Source: Podarcis muralis (Eukaryota). From it: a stretch of 64,000 nt of DNA. The notes beneath the pieces were generated by a model. That model saw only the letters and a list, made by a program, of their open reading frames with translations. It was not told the origin of the DNA and did no database searches. This document shows, piece after piece, positions 11,430-22,679 of this stretch. Within the stretch, counting starts at the first letter, position 1. The number at the start of each line of letters is the position of its first letter. A program made the position numbers and the translations under genes. Location of the stretch: assembly GCF_964188315.1 (NCBI RefSeq), contig NC_135655.1, positions 82,522,001 to 82,586,000 on the forward strand, written 5' to 3'.

Positions 11430-11739
11430 CAGTGGAACCTCTATTTGTGACCATAATCTGTTCTGGAGGTCCGTCCGGAGGTCGAAATGGGTTGCGGGGA
11501 GAGGTGCCGTTGTGCACAGGCACGGGCGGCGATTGCCCACATCTGTGCATGTACAAACAGTGATCATCACTTCTGTGCATGCGCAAACAGCGATCGTCGA
11601 TCCTACGCATGCGCAAATGGCGATCGCCGCTCCTGTGCATGCGCAAATGGCTGCAAACTCACCGGTTACTTCCAGGTTTGCCTCGGTCACAACTTGGAAT
11701 GACTGTAAGAAGAGGTATTGGTAAGCAGAGGTTCGACTG
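11430..11739. mobile_element. Tc1/mariner-type MITE with internal 30-bp tandem repeat
   Basis: TA TSD; TIRs CAGTGGAACCTCT / AGAGGTTCGACTG; repeat starts at 11514, 11544, 11574, 11604, 11634. Confidence 0.8.
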
Positions 11740-12539
11740 TACTGTGCATGTATTATTAACATGTCAGACATTTCCATGCTGAAGCAAGGTTGGGGATATG
11801 TTTTTATCTCTGCTGAATCTGGCCTTGCATCTCCTTCCTGTGACATCTGTGTGTTCAGTGTGCTTGTCTGCCATGGAATCCCAGCATCAGCACCTGCTTG
11901 CAAGTAGAGGCTCTGTATGTGATTGATGCACCTATAGAGCCATGCATTGGGGTTCCTTTGGAGACACTGATGTTCAAAATAGGGATGTTAGAGAAATGAG
12001 ATGCAGTGTCAGGGAAGGGGGAGGGGTGTTAAAATGACAACTCTGCTCCAGTTTAGCATGGAAATACCCTACACTTGTGTAATGCCTGAAGCTATTTTCT
12101 CTTACAATCAGAAATGCATTTCATTTGTTTTTCTTCTGCTTCCGTTTAATCATTTTCCATCTTATGAACTCTTGGTGCACCCGATTGCCATATGCAAACA
12201 ATCTCTGGGGCACATGTCTCTGCAACTTCAGGACTGAACTATTGCTGTGTGGTATGTACTGTGCACCTGGGATTCATTAGCGTAAATATGAACGCTGCCT
12301 TTACCCACAGGATATCGTAGTGTGGTGTGTGTTTTTAACACAACCATAATATATTAATTTTCCATGTATAAAATTAGAGAATCAAGTCTTGCATACAGAT
12401 CATTAAATCAGAAGGCTTTGAAAAGTTTGTGTTCTCTTGCCCTCTTCCACACTTTCCATACAGTAAGTTCAATAATATTCCCTAAGTATAATGTGTTTCA
12501 CTAACAGAGGGGTGGGATGACAGAGAATAGCCCAACTGA

Positions 12540-12705
12540 AGAAGCTCATAGCCTAGTGGATGAGCATATGCATTGCACGAAAGGGTCCCAGGTCCTTTCT
12601 CTTGAATCTCCAGGTCAGGCTGTGAAAGGTTGGAGACACACTGTTTGTCAGTGTAGGCCAAACTGACCTAGATGGATCAATGGTCTGAATCAGTATAAAG
12701 TAGTT
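12540..12705 (+). mobile_element. Degenerate tRNA-derived SINE with CR1-like tail (Squam2-like)
   Basis: AGCCTAGTGGATGAGCAT..GGGTCCCAGGT..TCTCCAGGT..CTAGATGGATCAATGGTCTGAATCAGTATAA. Confidence 0.6.
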
Positions 12706-13228
12706 AGAGATAGAGAGAAAATTTGTTTGAAACATATTTATCAATGGAATTTGGCACTTCCATCAAGTATTCTCTTACAACCAAGCCACTGGTGCATTGT
12801 CACTTTAAACAAAATGCACAACTGATTATATTCAAAAATTTAAACAAAATTATAGAGGGGGGAGCATGTTATATGTATAAAAGAGTCAAGCCCAATGTGG
12901 TACTATATTTTAATTATTAATATGTAAGAGTTTTTATACAGTTACATGCTTTTTTGTATGCATCTGTTTACGTGCTGGTTACTTTAGGGAACCTGGAGTG
13001 CATATGCATATAATACCCAAGAAATGTTCGTATTTTTAGTGGAACCGGGGGAAAGGAATACCTTCCTTCTTGACAAGAGCAAAGGAGCAAGAAAAGAAAG
13101 AAAGACTCATGTGGATAACTTCAGCATCAAGTTGTTCAGAAGGTTCCATCCCTAAAGGTAGTTTCCAGTGCTTCTGCTTTACTATCTACTTCTGAGTAAA
13201 CTTGCAGAAGGCCTGCCTTCAGACATAA

Positions 13229-13524
13229 GGCTCGTCCACACTTACCTCTGCTCCACATTTCTAAGGACAGGTTCCGGCTTTCTGGGTCTGTATCCCAGCT
13301 CTTTGTTTAATTTTTGGCCTGCCGCTTTCTCCTTGAAAAACTGTTTACCACTGAATTGGAGCAAACAGCAATCCACAGAAAACCCAAAATGTCATTGCTC
13401 TAATTCAGCGATAAAGATTGGGTTTTCCTGGGGAAAGTTACAGAAACAAAAACAAAAAGTGCTCGGACACAGACCAAGAAAGCTTGGACCTGTGCCTAGA
13501 AAGCATGGGGCAAAAGGTAAGCCC
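13229..13524. mobile_element. Possible PIF/Harbinger-type MITE
   Basis: TAA flanks on both sides; left end GGCTCGTCCACACTTACC, right end GGTAAG..GCCC with the central part of the TIR missing. Confidence 0.4.
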
Positions 13525-13775
13525 TAAATCTCACTATTTTCCATACTGAAAGAAGAGGAAGCAGTGAAGAGGTTAGTAGGATGGATTCTATAAAGTTCTC
13601 AGAAATGTAATGTTTCCACATTAATTTGATGGGGGCTGTTTTACAACCCCTTGCATACATCTGCAGCAGAAAAGGCATAGGCAAGCTTTTAAAATTGTGT
13701 GCCTGCTTTTTTAATTGATCCTGAGATATCCTTGAGTGTTAAGGTGGTGTAGTGTAGTGGTTAAGTACAGTATGG

Positions 13776-14024
13776 AGAGCCAGTGTGGTGTACGGGTTAA
13801 GAGCGGTGGACTCGTAATCTGGTGAACCGGGTTCACGTCCCCGCTCCTCCACATGCAGCTGCTGGGTGACCTTGGGCTAGTCACACTTCTCTGAAGTCTC
13901 TCAGCCCCACTCACCTCACAGAGTGTTTGCTGTGGGGGAGGAAGGGAAAGGAGAATGCTAACCGCTTTGAGACTCCTTCGGGTAGTGATAAAGCGGGATA
14001 TCAAATCCAAACTCTTCTTCTTCT
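13776..14024 (+). mobile_element. CORE/MIR-related tRNA SINE (Squam3-like) with (CTT)n tail
   Basis: GAGCCAGTGTGGTGTA..GGTTAAGAGCGGTGGACTCGTAATCTGG; CORE-like GGGTGACCTTGGGCTAGTCAC; second copy at 50495-50736. Confidence 0.8.
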
Positions 14025-15530
14025 CTTAAGCTGCTATTGGGACAAAAATGGGATGGGAGGATTTTACTCATGTAACTTTAGGATAGGGAGAACTCTGTTA
14101 TTGTTACATTAATTTCAAATTGAAGCCTTTTTGTGTTTTGTTTTCTGGAACCTGTCCTGAAGCTTTATTGAATAGCATAATGAAAATCAGTATCAGTAAA
14201 TGCCACTTGGGGGAGTTAAATAATAGGGAGGGTGGGACAGGGTAACTTCAGTGATAACTGTGCCATTTAAAGAACACTGTCTTGTTTACCAGTTTGACGG
14301 GGGCTAATTACCCTTCAGCATTCTTTCCTCCCTTTTCTTATACTCACAACCAAGGTGATTTAAAAGAGAAAGATTCTTATCCCACCCTAAGTCTGAGCTG
14401 AATTGGTGATTCAAAATATAGAACCAGAAGGTGGTGATTATTGTGCATTAGTCAGCACTGAATGTTTTGTGGTGGAGCATTGAGGCGAGGCTTCCTTCTT
14501 TATCTGAGTTTCCAGAAATAAAACAACATCATCCCAGAACTCTTCTTTACTTGATCCCCATCCCAGTACACACACACCCTCCCCATGTAAAATGTTCTTA
14601 GTAACCTTATCACTGCCAAGCAGTGGGAAAATGTTTTTAAAAGGGAAAAAAGAGCTTGTAAGCCCTTCGGCAATGCCATAAAAGAAAAGAAAAAAACAAG
14701 GAATGAGCAGATCAGGATTAGAAAGGTCTGTAGACATGCAATCTAATCTGCATGTCTATGTTCCCATCCAGCCCATCAAATGTAGACCATGGAGTTTTGT
14801 CCCAAATTCTGGAACCGACCAAAATCCTCCCCCATCCTTACCTGTCACCCTGAAAATATTATTCTACTCCACCTCCCATCAGCTACAGCCAGCATGACTT
14901 ATGCTCAAGGATTATGAGAGATGTAGTCCAAAAGCATCTCGTAGCCTCCATTCCTGCTCTCCATCCCTGCTTTATGTGATGCTAGTTATTATGAGTAAAA
15001 AAGAAAAATCTCTTCCATGTGGCTTCTCACTACTAGCAAAATGGCCAAAACATACAGGCATGCATTACATACACCACCTTTCCATAGTTAAAACCATGCT
15101 CAATGTGGCTTACAGCATGGGGGGGGGGGGAATCATAATTACAAACATAACAAAGTAGTCTTGAACAGTAAATAAAACGTTTAAAAGTGCACAACTAAAA
15201 TATGCAATTTCCACATAAATCATTAGAATATCTAAAATAAAAATACAAAAATTAATATGAGTAACAGCAACAACCCCTCCAACCCCTACTAAACAATATC
15301 CCAGTCCAAGAGTCTCCTCAGCAGCCTCAGCTTTTGTAACTGGGGTCAAACAAAACAAGGAGGCCAAGTATTTACTGCTTAGATACACATCCCTGGAACA
15401 CAGTCAGAGCACTGACACGGCAACAAATTAGCATAACATGTAACTATTAGATAGGTTGGTATTATTCAGCTTTATTTACTTGCTTTATTCAATTATCATC
15501 TTTGCTCTCCAGGTTCTTGATGCTGAAAAG

Positions 15531-16553
15531 ATGGACAAGCAGAATAATCACAGCAGGGTGACAGAATTCATCTTGCTGGGATTCACTGATGACCCAAAGG
15601 TGCAGATTGCCCTCTTCTTGCTCTTTCTAGCCATCTATGTTATCACTGTGGCTGGAAGCCTCAGCCTGATTGTGCTGATCAGGACTTACTCCCACCTGCA
15701 CACTCCCATGTACTTCTTCCTCTGCCACTTATCATTCACAGACCTCTGCTATACCTCTGCTATAGCCCCCAAGATGCTGGTGAGCTACTTGGTGGGTGAT
15801 AAAACCATCTCTTATGCTGGCTGCGCTGCTCAGCTGTGCTCATTTGCTGCCTTTGTGAGTACCGAGTGTTTCCTTTTGGCTGTGATGGCATTTGACCGCT
15901 ACATGGCTATTTGTAACCCACTTCTGTACTCTGCTGTCATGTCCCAAAGAGTGTGCAGCTGCCTGGTTGTAGGGTCGTATGCAGCTGGTTTTGCCAACTC
16001 AGCGCTGCAGACAGTATGTATATTCAGATTATCCTACTGTGGACACAACATCATCAAACATTTCTTCTGCGATATCCCTAAACTTCTGAAGCTTTCCTGC
16101 TCTGAAACCTTCCTTTCAGAGTCACTGTCAGTCTTTGCATCTGGAGCAGTTGCTATGACCTCTCTTTCAGCCATTATTATCTCCTACTTCTGCATTTTAT
16201 CTGCCATCCTGAAAATACACTCTATCAAGGGCAGACACAAGGCCTTCTCCACTTGTGCTTCTCACTTGACCTCAGTGGCTCTGCTTTATGGAACGGGGAC
16301 CTTTATGTATATACATCCCAACTTGAAATCTGGACTAGATGGTAATATGGTGGTTTCTGTAGTTTACACATTAGTGATACCCATGCTCAACCCCCTAATC
16401 TATAGTTTGAGAAACAAAGAGGTGAAAGAGGCCATTAGAAAAGCCACAACAAAAATGAAAGAACATCCCCCTTCCAAAAGCATTGAGGGAAATGATGGTA
16501 ACCAATGTCGCACCCCAAGACTGAACAATTTAAACCAAGGTAAGATTACATAG
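15531..16553 (+). CDS. Olfactory receptor, class II, OR5-family-like, 340 aa with extended C-terminus
   Basis: [43 protein letters not shown]; start placed at MDKQNNHS (15531) because a splice acceptor TTTGCTCTCCAG ends at 15512 inside the longer GTG-started ORF. Confidence 0.93.
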   Translation: MDKQNNHSRVTEFILLGFTDDPKVQIALFLLFLAIYVITVAGSLSLIVLIRTYSHLHTPMYFFLCHLSFTDLCYTSAIAPKMLVSYLVGDKTISYAGCAAQLCSFAAFVSTECFLLAVMAFDRYMAICNPLLYSAVMSQRVCSCLVVGSYAAGFANSALQTVCIFRLSYCGHNIIKHFFCDIPKLLKLSCSETFLSESLSVFASGAVAMTSLSAIIISYFCILSAILKIHSIKGRHKAFSTCASHLTSVALLYGTGTFMYIHPNLKSGLDGNMVVSVVYTLVIPMLNPLIYSLRNKEVKEAIRKATTKMKEHPPSKSIEGNDGNQCRTPRLNNLNQGKIT

Positions 16554-16564
16554 ATGCATTACAC

Positions 16565-16712
16565 TGTTCCAGACCATTGGTTCAACTTGCTCGCTATTCT
16601 CTACTTTAACTGGTGATAGCTCTCCAGGGTTTCAAACATAGCTCTCCCTGCCCTACCTGGAGACACTGAACCTGGGACCTTCTGCATGCAAAGCAGATCC
16701 TCTACTATTGAC
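16565..16712 (-). mobile_element. Degenerate tRNA SINE (Squam2-like)
   Basis: CCTACCTGGAGA..GAACCTGGGACCTTCTGCATGCAAAGCAGAT is the reverse complement of the SINE head seen at 12540. Confidence 0.65.
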
Positions 16713-16823
16713 TAATAATAATAATAATAATAATAATAATTTTACTTATACCCCATCCATCCAGCTGGGTTGCCCCCGCCACTCTGGGCGGCTTCCAACA
16801 CACGTAAAAATCAAAATCAAAAT
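16713..16823 (-). mobile_element. L2 3' end with (ATT)n tail
   Basis: (TAA)n then CCAGCTGGGTTGCCCC.GCCACTCTGGGCGGCTTCCAAC. Confidence 0.8.
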
Positions 16824-16836
16824 CAAATATTAATAG

Positions 16837-17022
16837 ATTCAGTTAGGTAGCCGTGTTGGTCTGACACAGTCGAAATATATATAAAAATAAAAAATTGTCC
16901 AGTAGCACCTTAGAGACCAACTAAGTTTGTTCTTGGTATCATGCACACGAAAGCTAATACCAAGAACAAACTTAATTGGTCTCTAAGGTGCTACTGGACA
17001 ATTTTTTATTTTTATATATATT
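16837..17022. mobile_element. Penelope-like element remnant forming a 66-bp inverted repeat
   Basis: GTAGCCGTGTTGGTCTG, GTAGCACCTTAGAGACCAAC and GCACACGAAAGCT typical of reptile PLE ends; arms 16874-16939 and 16957-17022; flanking near-TSD CAAA(T/C)ATTAATAG at 16824 and 17023. Confidence 0.75.
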
Positions 17023-17816
17023 CAAACATTAATAGTAACAATCTGATCCAATATAAAAAGTTGCAGTAACTTTAAAATAAACCATTTTCAATAATCCAGT
17101 AGTATTACAGTTCTTCCCTCAACTACATAGTTGTGTTACATGAACAAAGAAAGTTAGACCCCTTTCCTTAGTCTGACCCCATCTGGGATGCTAGTATCTT
17201 TATGCATATCTTCTCAATAATGGCGACCTTATCCTTAAACTGAGTTACAATGAATCAGTTATGACCACCTTCTACAACGTGATAATCACTTTAAGGAAGT
17301 CAGAGATTTCTGTGTCACAGTGTTATTTCATTGTGATTCCTTCGATCAACGTTGTTGCTCAAGATCCTATCCATTCTCTTTCACTAGCTACTGAACATTT
17401 CTCAATATGTCACATTCTTTTTTCAGACACAACACCCAACTTTCCCTTGTTTTCAGAGGGAACTGTGGGTCACGGGGCCTCGGCATGCAATTCCACAAGA
17501 CCTCACCATCACCAGAAGCTGCCACAGTTGCACAACTGTGGCAATGGTGGGATGGGCGAAGTGTCCGCATGGGTGCTGCCTCATGGGATCCTGCTGCCCA
17601 AGGTGGCTGCTTCAGCCCACCTTATGGGTGGACCAGCCCTAGCATTGGTCATACTGGGTGGGGCTGATGGGGACTGGAGTGCAAAAACAGCTGGCGAGGC
17701 ACAGGTTCTCCATCCGTGCCATAAATGACACAGATGTCAAGGTTCTGAGACATACATTCATGTGTAACATATCGTTCGATCCAAATATAAGGTAAGAGAA
17801 TATAATAAACTGGAAA

Positions 17817-17888
17817 CCCCAAGGGAGTGGAGAAAAGTAAACTATGGTGCCCTGTGCATTCATTTTAATTGCTGTGTGCCTTTAATTG
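17817..17888 (+). promoter_or_regulatory. Candidate OR promoter: O/E site plus two homeodomain sites
   Basis: CCCCAAGGGA at 17817-17826; TAATTG at 17866 and 17883; 1.7 kb upstream of OR at 19568. Confidence 0.4.
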
Positions 17889-18341
17889 AGTATTGAGGCG
17901 TTCAAGGCATAAAGTACTCAAGAGATTATCTAAAGCAGATATTATAAATACCCCATTCTATTAATTCTACCCTACCTGGTTTTTCTGCTGTAACTTGCAT
18001 TACTTAGATCAGGTGGGTCTTGGGTAATAACTTTGTGACAGCCAGTGATTAGGAATTAAAGGTTCCTGCTGTTCTTCTCTGTCATCAACAGTAATTAACT
18101 CTGTGTTTACTTCCATCTTTTGCAAATTATGAAAAATATTTCAACAGAAGTACTATGTCTGTTTGGTGAGCTGGATATATGAGGAGCTTTTGTATGGGGT
18201 AAATGTACACAGTTGGAGTAATTTAACAGTAGTGTTAATACTAGGGTGATATATTATGTAGTTTTGCATTTCAAAGCTCTAGAACCTAAGCTGGAGTAAG
18301 ATCCATGGTAGACAATGTATTTACTATGCGTGTGTTTCCAG

Positions 18342-18356
18342 GACCATGGGAAGAAG
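18342..18356 (+). other. Candidate 15-nt 5' UTR exon (or end of a longer exon) for OR at 19568
   Basis: GTGTTTCCAG|GACCATGGGAAGAAG|GTGAGT: acceptor-like site and a consensus donor. Confidence 0.35.
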
Positions 18357-19567
18357 GTGAGTTGGCCTTTTCTCTAGGCACTATTTTCCCGTGGAAATCC
18401 TCTCCAATCTGCTAGTATTTACCCCCAAAGATGCCATTTGACTCCCACTGATATTATCCACATTTTCCATGAGAAATAAAAAGTTTATTGCAGATCCAGC
18501 CACAGCACCCCCCAACCCCGTTGGACAAAGACATTGAGCACAGATATTTGGAACAAACTTGACACGACAACCTTCTGGGATTGGAAAGGCGGCCACACCT
18601 TTACTGAGTACAGATATAGGTAGACTTTGGCTCAGGCATCGGATCGATTATCAACCTCTGGGTGGAAGGCTGAAGTTTGAAGGGGCTTTTACTATGTTTG
18701 CAGCTTATTTCTCACGGCAAATGAGAAAATTCATAGAGATATTTCCCTTTGAAGTCAGTAAACTCAGTATTCACAACAGTTTGCAGCTTAAAGAAATTCA
18801 AGTGGTCCAAATTGCATTGCAGTCTTTTTATAGTAATTGCTTTACAATCAATTTATAAAGCACCACGCACACTCAAAACCCAGCTTTTTTAAAAAGAAAA
18901 AGAAAAAAGCAGGCTTCCAAAACACCTGAGCAAGAAAAAGATAAGCAAAAGAAAAGGGAGATAATGCAAGACCTATCAGAGAGGGGAGGATAGTAAAAAT
19001 AAAATGAAAGTAGATGAAAATAAAATTTGAAATGGAAGAGGGTTTTTTCCACTGGCACTAGATCAAATGTATTTTTCCAGAATTAGAATATGCACAACAG
19101 CTTGATTATTGATCCACATTTGTCATTATTATGACAACATTGAAAAAGTCCCACCATCACTTTCAGAGTAACAGTGCTATGTAGAACTCTTCTGCAGCTC
19201 TGCAGTAATAAGAAAGATAATGCAAAGTGGAACCAGACTCCCTCCCAGCTCACACTGCTTCTAATGTTATCCTTCTAACTAAAGATTTTAAAAGAGTACT
19301 TTTCCCATTTAGAGTTGCTGAAAAGCAAGCACAGAGATCAACTCTTTGATCCATTGCACAGTGACAACAGAAATTTAGCCATGATGTCCATTTCACATCC
19401 TTTTCTATCCTGTATGTTTGAAATGTACTTTTGAATTTGGAAGCTGTTTAGCTCCAGTTGATCAAATTTGCAATTTGTGCTGCAAATAAATCTTCAAGTC
19501 TAGCTATTTTCTTCCTTTCAAGTTTCCATTTTTACCTCTCCCTGGCAGGTGAAAAGACCTAGGATAA

Positions 19568-20512
19568 ATGACCGCAAAAAATCAAACCCAAGTGACTGTG
19601 TTCATATTCTCAGGATTCACAGATCATCCAGAATTGAAAGCTATCCTCTTTATCACATTCCTGGCGATTTACACCATCACTCTGGGTGCAAATCTAGGGA
19701 TGATCATCTTGATCAGGATGGATCAACAGCTACAAACCCCAATGTACTTCTTTCTCAGTCACTTGGCTTTCCTGGATGCCAGCTACTCTTCCGCAGTTAC
19801 TCCAAAAGCCATATGGGACCTTTTAGCTGAAAGGAAAACCATTTCCTTTGCTGGGTGTGCAGCACAGTTTTACATGTTTGATGGTCTGGTGATGACTGAA
19901 TTCTTCCTACTGTCTGTGATGGCATATGATCGCTATGTGGCCATCTGCAACCCATTGCTTTATAACGTAGTTATGTCTAAGAAGTTCTGCACTGCGGCAG
20001 TGGCCAGTGTATATATCTATGGCTTTGCGAGCTCAGTGGTTCAAACAGCCTTGACTTTTCAGCTGTCCTTCTGCAGATCAAATGTGATCAATCATTTCTA
20101 CTGCAATGACCCACCGCTTCTCGCTTTGTCCTGCTCTGACACTCGACCGAAGGAAATCCAGCTTTTAGCTCTATCTGCTATCAACTTATGCAGTTCCCTC
20201 TCAGCAATCATCGTCTCCTATGTCTACATTCTGTCTGCCATCTTTGGGAAACACTCTGCAGGTGGGAGTCAAAGAGGCTTCTCCACATGCGCCTCACACA
20301 TGACAGCTGTTATCATTTTCTATGGCACCCTCTTCTTCATGTATCTTCAACCCAGCTCGGCTCATTCTCTGAACTATGACAAAGTGGTGTCAGTTTTTTA
20401 TGCTGTTGTTATCCCTATGCTGAACCCTCTGATCTACAGCTTGAGGAACAAAGAAGTGAAGGGGGCCTTGAAGAGAGTGATGGGAAGAAATTGTTTTTAT
20501 TGTATGGTTTAA
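19568..20512 (+). CDS. Olfactory receptor, class II, OR5/OR8-family-like, 314 aa
   Basis: [41 protein letters not shown]; sequon NQT; acceptor CCTCTCCCTGGCAG ends at 19548. Confidence 0.95.
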   Translation: MTAKNQTQVTVFIFSGFTDHPELKAILFITFLAIYTITLGANLGMIILIRMDQQLQTPMYFFLSHLAFLDASYSSAVTPKAIWDLLAERKTISFAGCAAQFYMFDGLVMTEFFLLSVMAYDRYVAICNPLLYNVVMSKKFCTAAVASVYIYGFASSVVQTALTFQLSFCRSNVINHFYCNDPPLLALSCSDTRPKEIQLLALSAINLCSSLSAIIVSYVYILSAIFGKHSAGGSQRGFSTCASHMTAVIIFYGTLFFMYLQPSSAHSLNYDKVVSVFYAVVIPMLNPLIYSLRNKEVKGALKRVMGRNCFYCMV

Positions 20513-21162
20513 ATAAAGTGCAGCCCTGGTCCTGCGTTTAAAAAATAGTAGTATTGCAGTTGACCAACTCTACAATTTTATGATTCTGTGACCCTGAAAT
20601 AAATGCTACACTGATTACCATTTCAGAGCTGTGTTTAGTGATAAAAACCTTCCCATAGGGAGCCCATGGGGTGCCCTCCAGATCCCATCAACCAATGCTC
20701 AGGGGTGATATAAACCACAACTTTGAGAGGGCACCATGTTGGCTTCCCTTGGAAGGGAATTGTCAAGGCTACGGGAAAGCTATTTCTCCCCCAGTTGTAG
20801 CAAGAGCAGGGAAAACAAGGTAAAGTCCTGTTTAATGAGTTTTATTCAATACTAATAGCGAGAGACAAAAGAATGCAACAAGTCTTAACAATGGCATTGC
20901 TCCAAACTGGGCTCCTCCTCCCTCCTTTCTAGCAATAGCACCTTCCCTTACAGTGGCCACTTGTGGCCAAATGTCTCTGATTCTGTTGTTCCTGCACTCT
21001 TAATGAACGAAGCATTCTGGGAAAAGGATGACCATCTGTACTGCCTCCACCACCCACAAGTGGTTATCTATTGGATTTTCTGGTGAAAGGCAGCTGTCAC
21101 CTTTGGAGTGGCAGGATGGCCAGCCAACTGGTCATTCAAGCCCCTATAGGATGTACCTTGGA

Positions 21163-21534
21163 TAGAGATGAGTGACTCTGCCAATTTAAGTTTCTCATAT
21201 TTCCAGTTGTCCACATTTCTATATCAGTTTGTATTTTTTATAGTCCTCATGAAAATTCTGCAGCATTCTAGTTTGAATTTCCCCATATCTGATTTACACA
21301 TATTTGAAAAGCAATTTTCTCTCATGGATTTTTGTATGATGTTTTCAGTAATGGTGCATTTGTAGGCATACTTTCCCCTAATCTATGCATTTTTGTACAC
21401 ATCACTTAACTGCACTGCAAAATTCAGAGAAATGCAAATTTTGAGACATCAGTGTGTTTCATTGTTTCAGAAAGTGCAAATTAGATGGGTCCGCCTTTGA
21501 ATGCAAACTGAATTGTATTTCTCCCCCATCACTA
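21163..21534 (-). mobile_element. hAT-like MITE, near full length
   Basis: Termini TAGAGATG / CATCACTA; degenerate 8-bp flanks ACCTTGGA / GTCATGGA; body is the reverse complement of the 262-700 family. Confidence 0.6.
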
Positions 21535-21659
21535 GTCATGGAGATGATTTCTCCCCTCTATTTACTAGCCAAGGGTGTTCCATAAGAGGCTCCACATACT
21601 GTGCTGACCTGCTCAAATTTCCTGCTGGACAAGAGGGCTTCAGGTGCCAAACCACTGAA

Positions 21660-21735
21660 GTCAGCAATGTCTATCACATCAAATATTTAAAGGGTTGTCA
21701 CATGGAAGATGGAGCAAGCTTGTTTTATCCTAACA
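21660..21735 (+). mobile_element. CR1 ORF2 C-terminal fragment
   Basis: Translates to KYLKGCHMEDGASLF, typical of the CR1 ORF2 end. Confidence 0.65.
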
Positions 21736-22027
21736 AGGGCTCTCTCTCCTCTATCTCTCTCTCTCCCCCCCCCAACCCTTACCCACTCCTCAGAGAAGAA
21801 GTGGGGGGTCTGGTAGGGAACATGGTTCCAAGTTATTAGTGTGTCCCCCCCCCCCGAAAAAAAGAATAAACAACAAAAGTGCTGGACAATTCTCTGAGAA
21901 AGCAAAATACACACACACACACACTGAGGCAAGCAAGGGGAGAACAACAGAACAACAATAAATTATCCAAATTACCGGTAGTACCTAAAAGGTTAAAAGG
22001 GAAACAATCTCATTTTAAAGATGAGTA

Positions 22028-22250
22028 CAGTAATCCCATAATTTATGTGCATTTAACTTGTGCACATTCAGTTTTATATGTGTGGCAATTTTTAAAAATA
22101 AAAAGGGGAAGGAAGGCAGATGGGGTTCCAAGAAAATATGCCTTTGGCAATCCCACCGGCCATTGAACACAATGGGGTTTGACTATACACAATTTTGGCT
22201 TTAGGCAACGTCCCTGGAGCGTAACCCCTGTGTAAATTGTGGACTTACAC
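22028..22250. mobile_element. Degenerate Tigger/mariner-like MITE
   Basis: TA-CAGTAATCCCATAATTTA left; TAAATTGTGGACTTAC right (imperfect inverted match). Confidence 0.45.
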
Positions 22251-22254
22251 AGTA

Positions 22255-22638
22255 CATTTCCGAGCACAATTCAAAGTTTTGGTGTTGACCTTTAAAGCCC
22301 TAAATGACATTGGCCCAGTATACCTGATGGAGTGTCTCCACCTCCATCGTTCTGCCCAGAAACTGAGGTCCAGCGCCGAGGGCCTTCTGGCGGTTCCCTC
22401 ATTGCGAGAAGCCAAGTTACAGGGAACCAGGCAGAGGGCCTTCTTGGTAGTGGCGCCTTTCCTGTGGAACGCCCTCCCACCAGATGTCAAAGAGATAAGC
22501 AACTACCTGACATTCAGAAGACATCTGAAGGCAGCCCTGTTCAGGGCTGTGTGTGATATTTTAATGTATTTTTAATCTTTGTTGGAAGCCGCCCAGAGTG
22601 GCTGGGAAAACCCAGCCAGATGGGTGGGGTACAAATAA

Positions 22639-22678
<40 letters not shown>
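22255..22678 (+). mobile_element. L2 LINE 3' fragment (ORF2 end, 3' UTR, (ATT)n tail)
   Basis: FRAQFKVLVLTFKAL...LWNALPPDVK peptide and L2 tail. Confidence 0.88.

Positions 22679-22679
<1 letters not shown>

Noticed and set aside
11419-11903. Several overlapping ORFs with repetitive Cys/His/Ala peptides
   Set aside because: Translation products of the 30-bp MITE repeat
9980-14024. tRNA genes suggested by A/B boxes
   Set aside because: These are SINE heads continuous with SINE bodies and tails; no complete cloverleaf
15456-15530. 365-aa N-terminally extended OR
   Set aside because: ORF opens at a GTG and crosses a splice acceptor at 15512; ATG 15531 matches the normal OR start
16940-16960. 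Active hammerhead ribozyme
   Set aside because: CUGANGA core and the 5' strand of stem II are deleted in this copy
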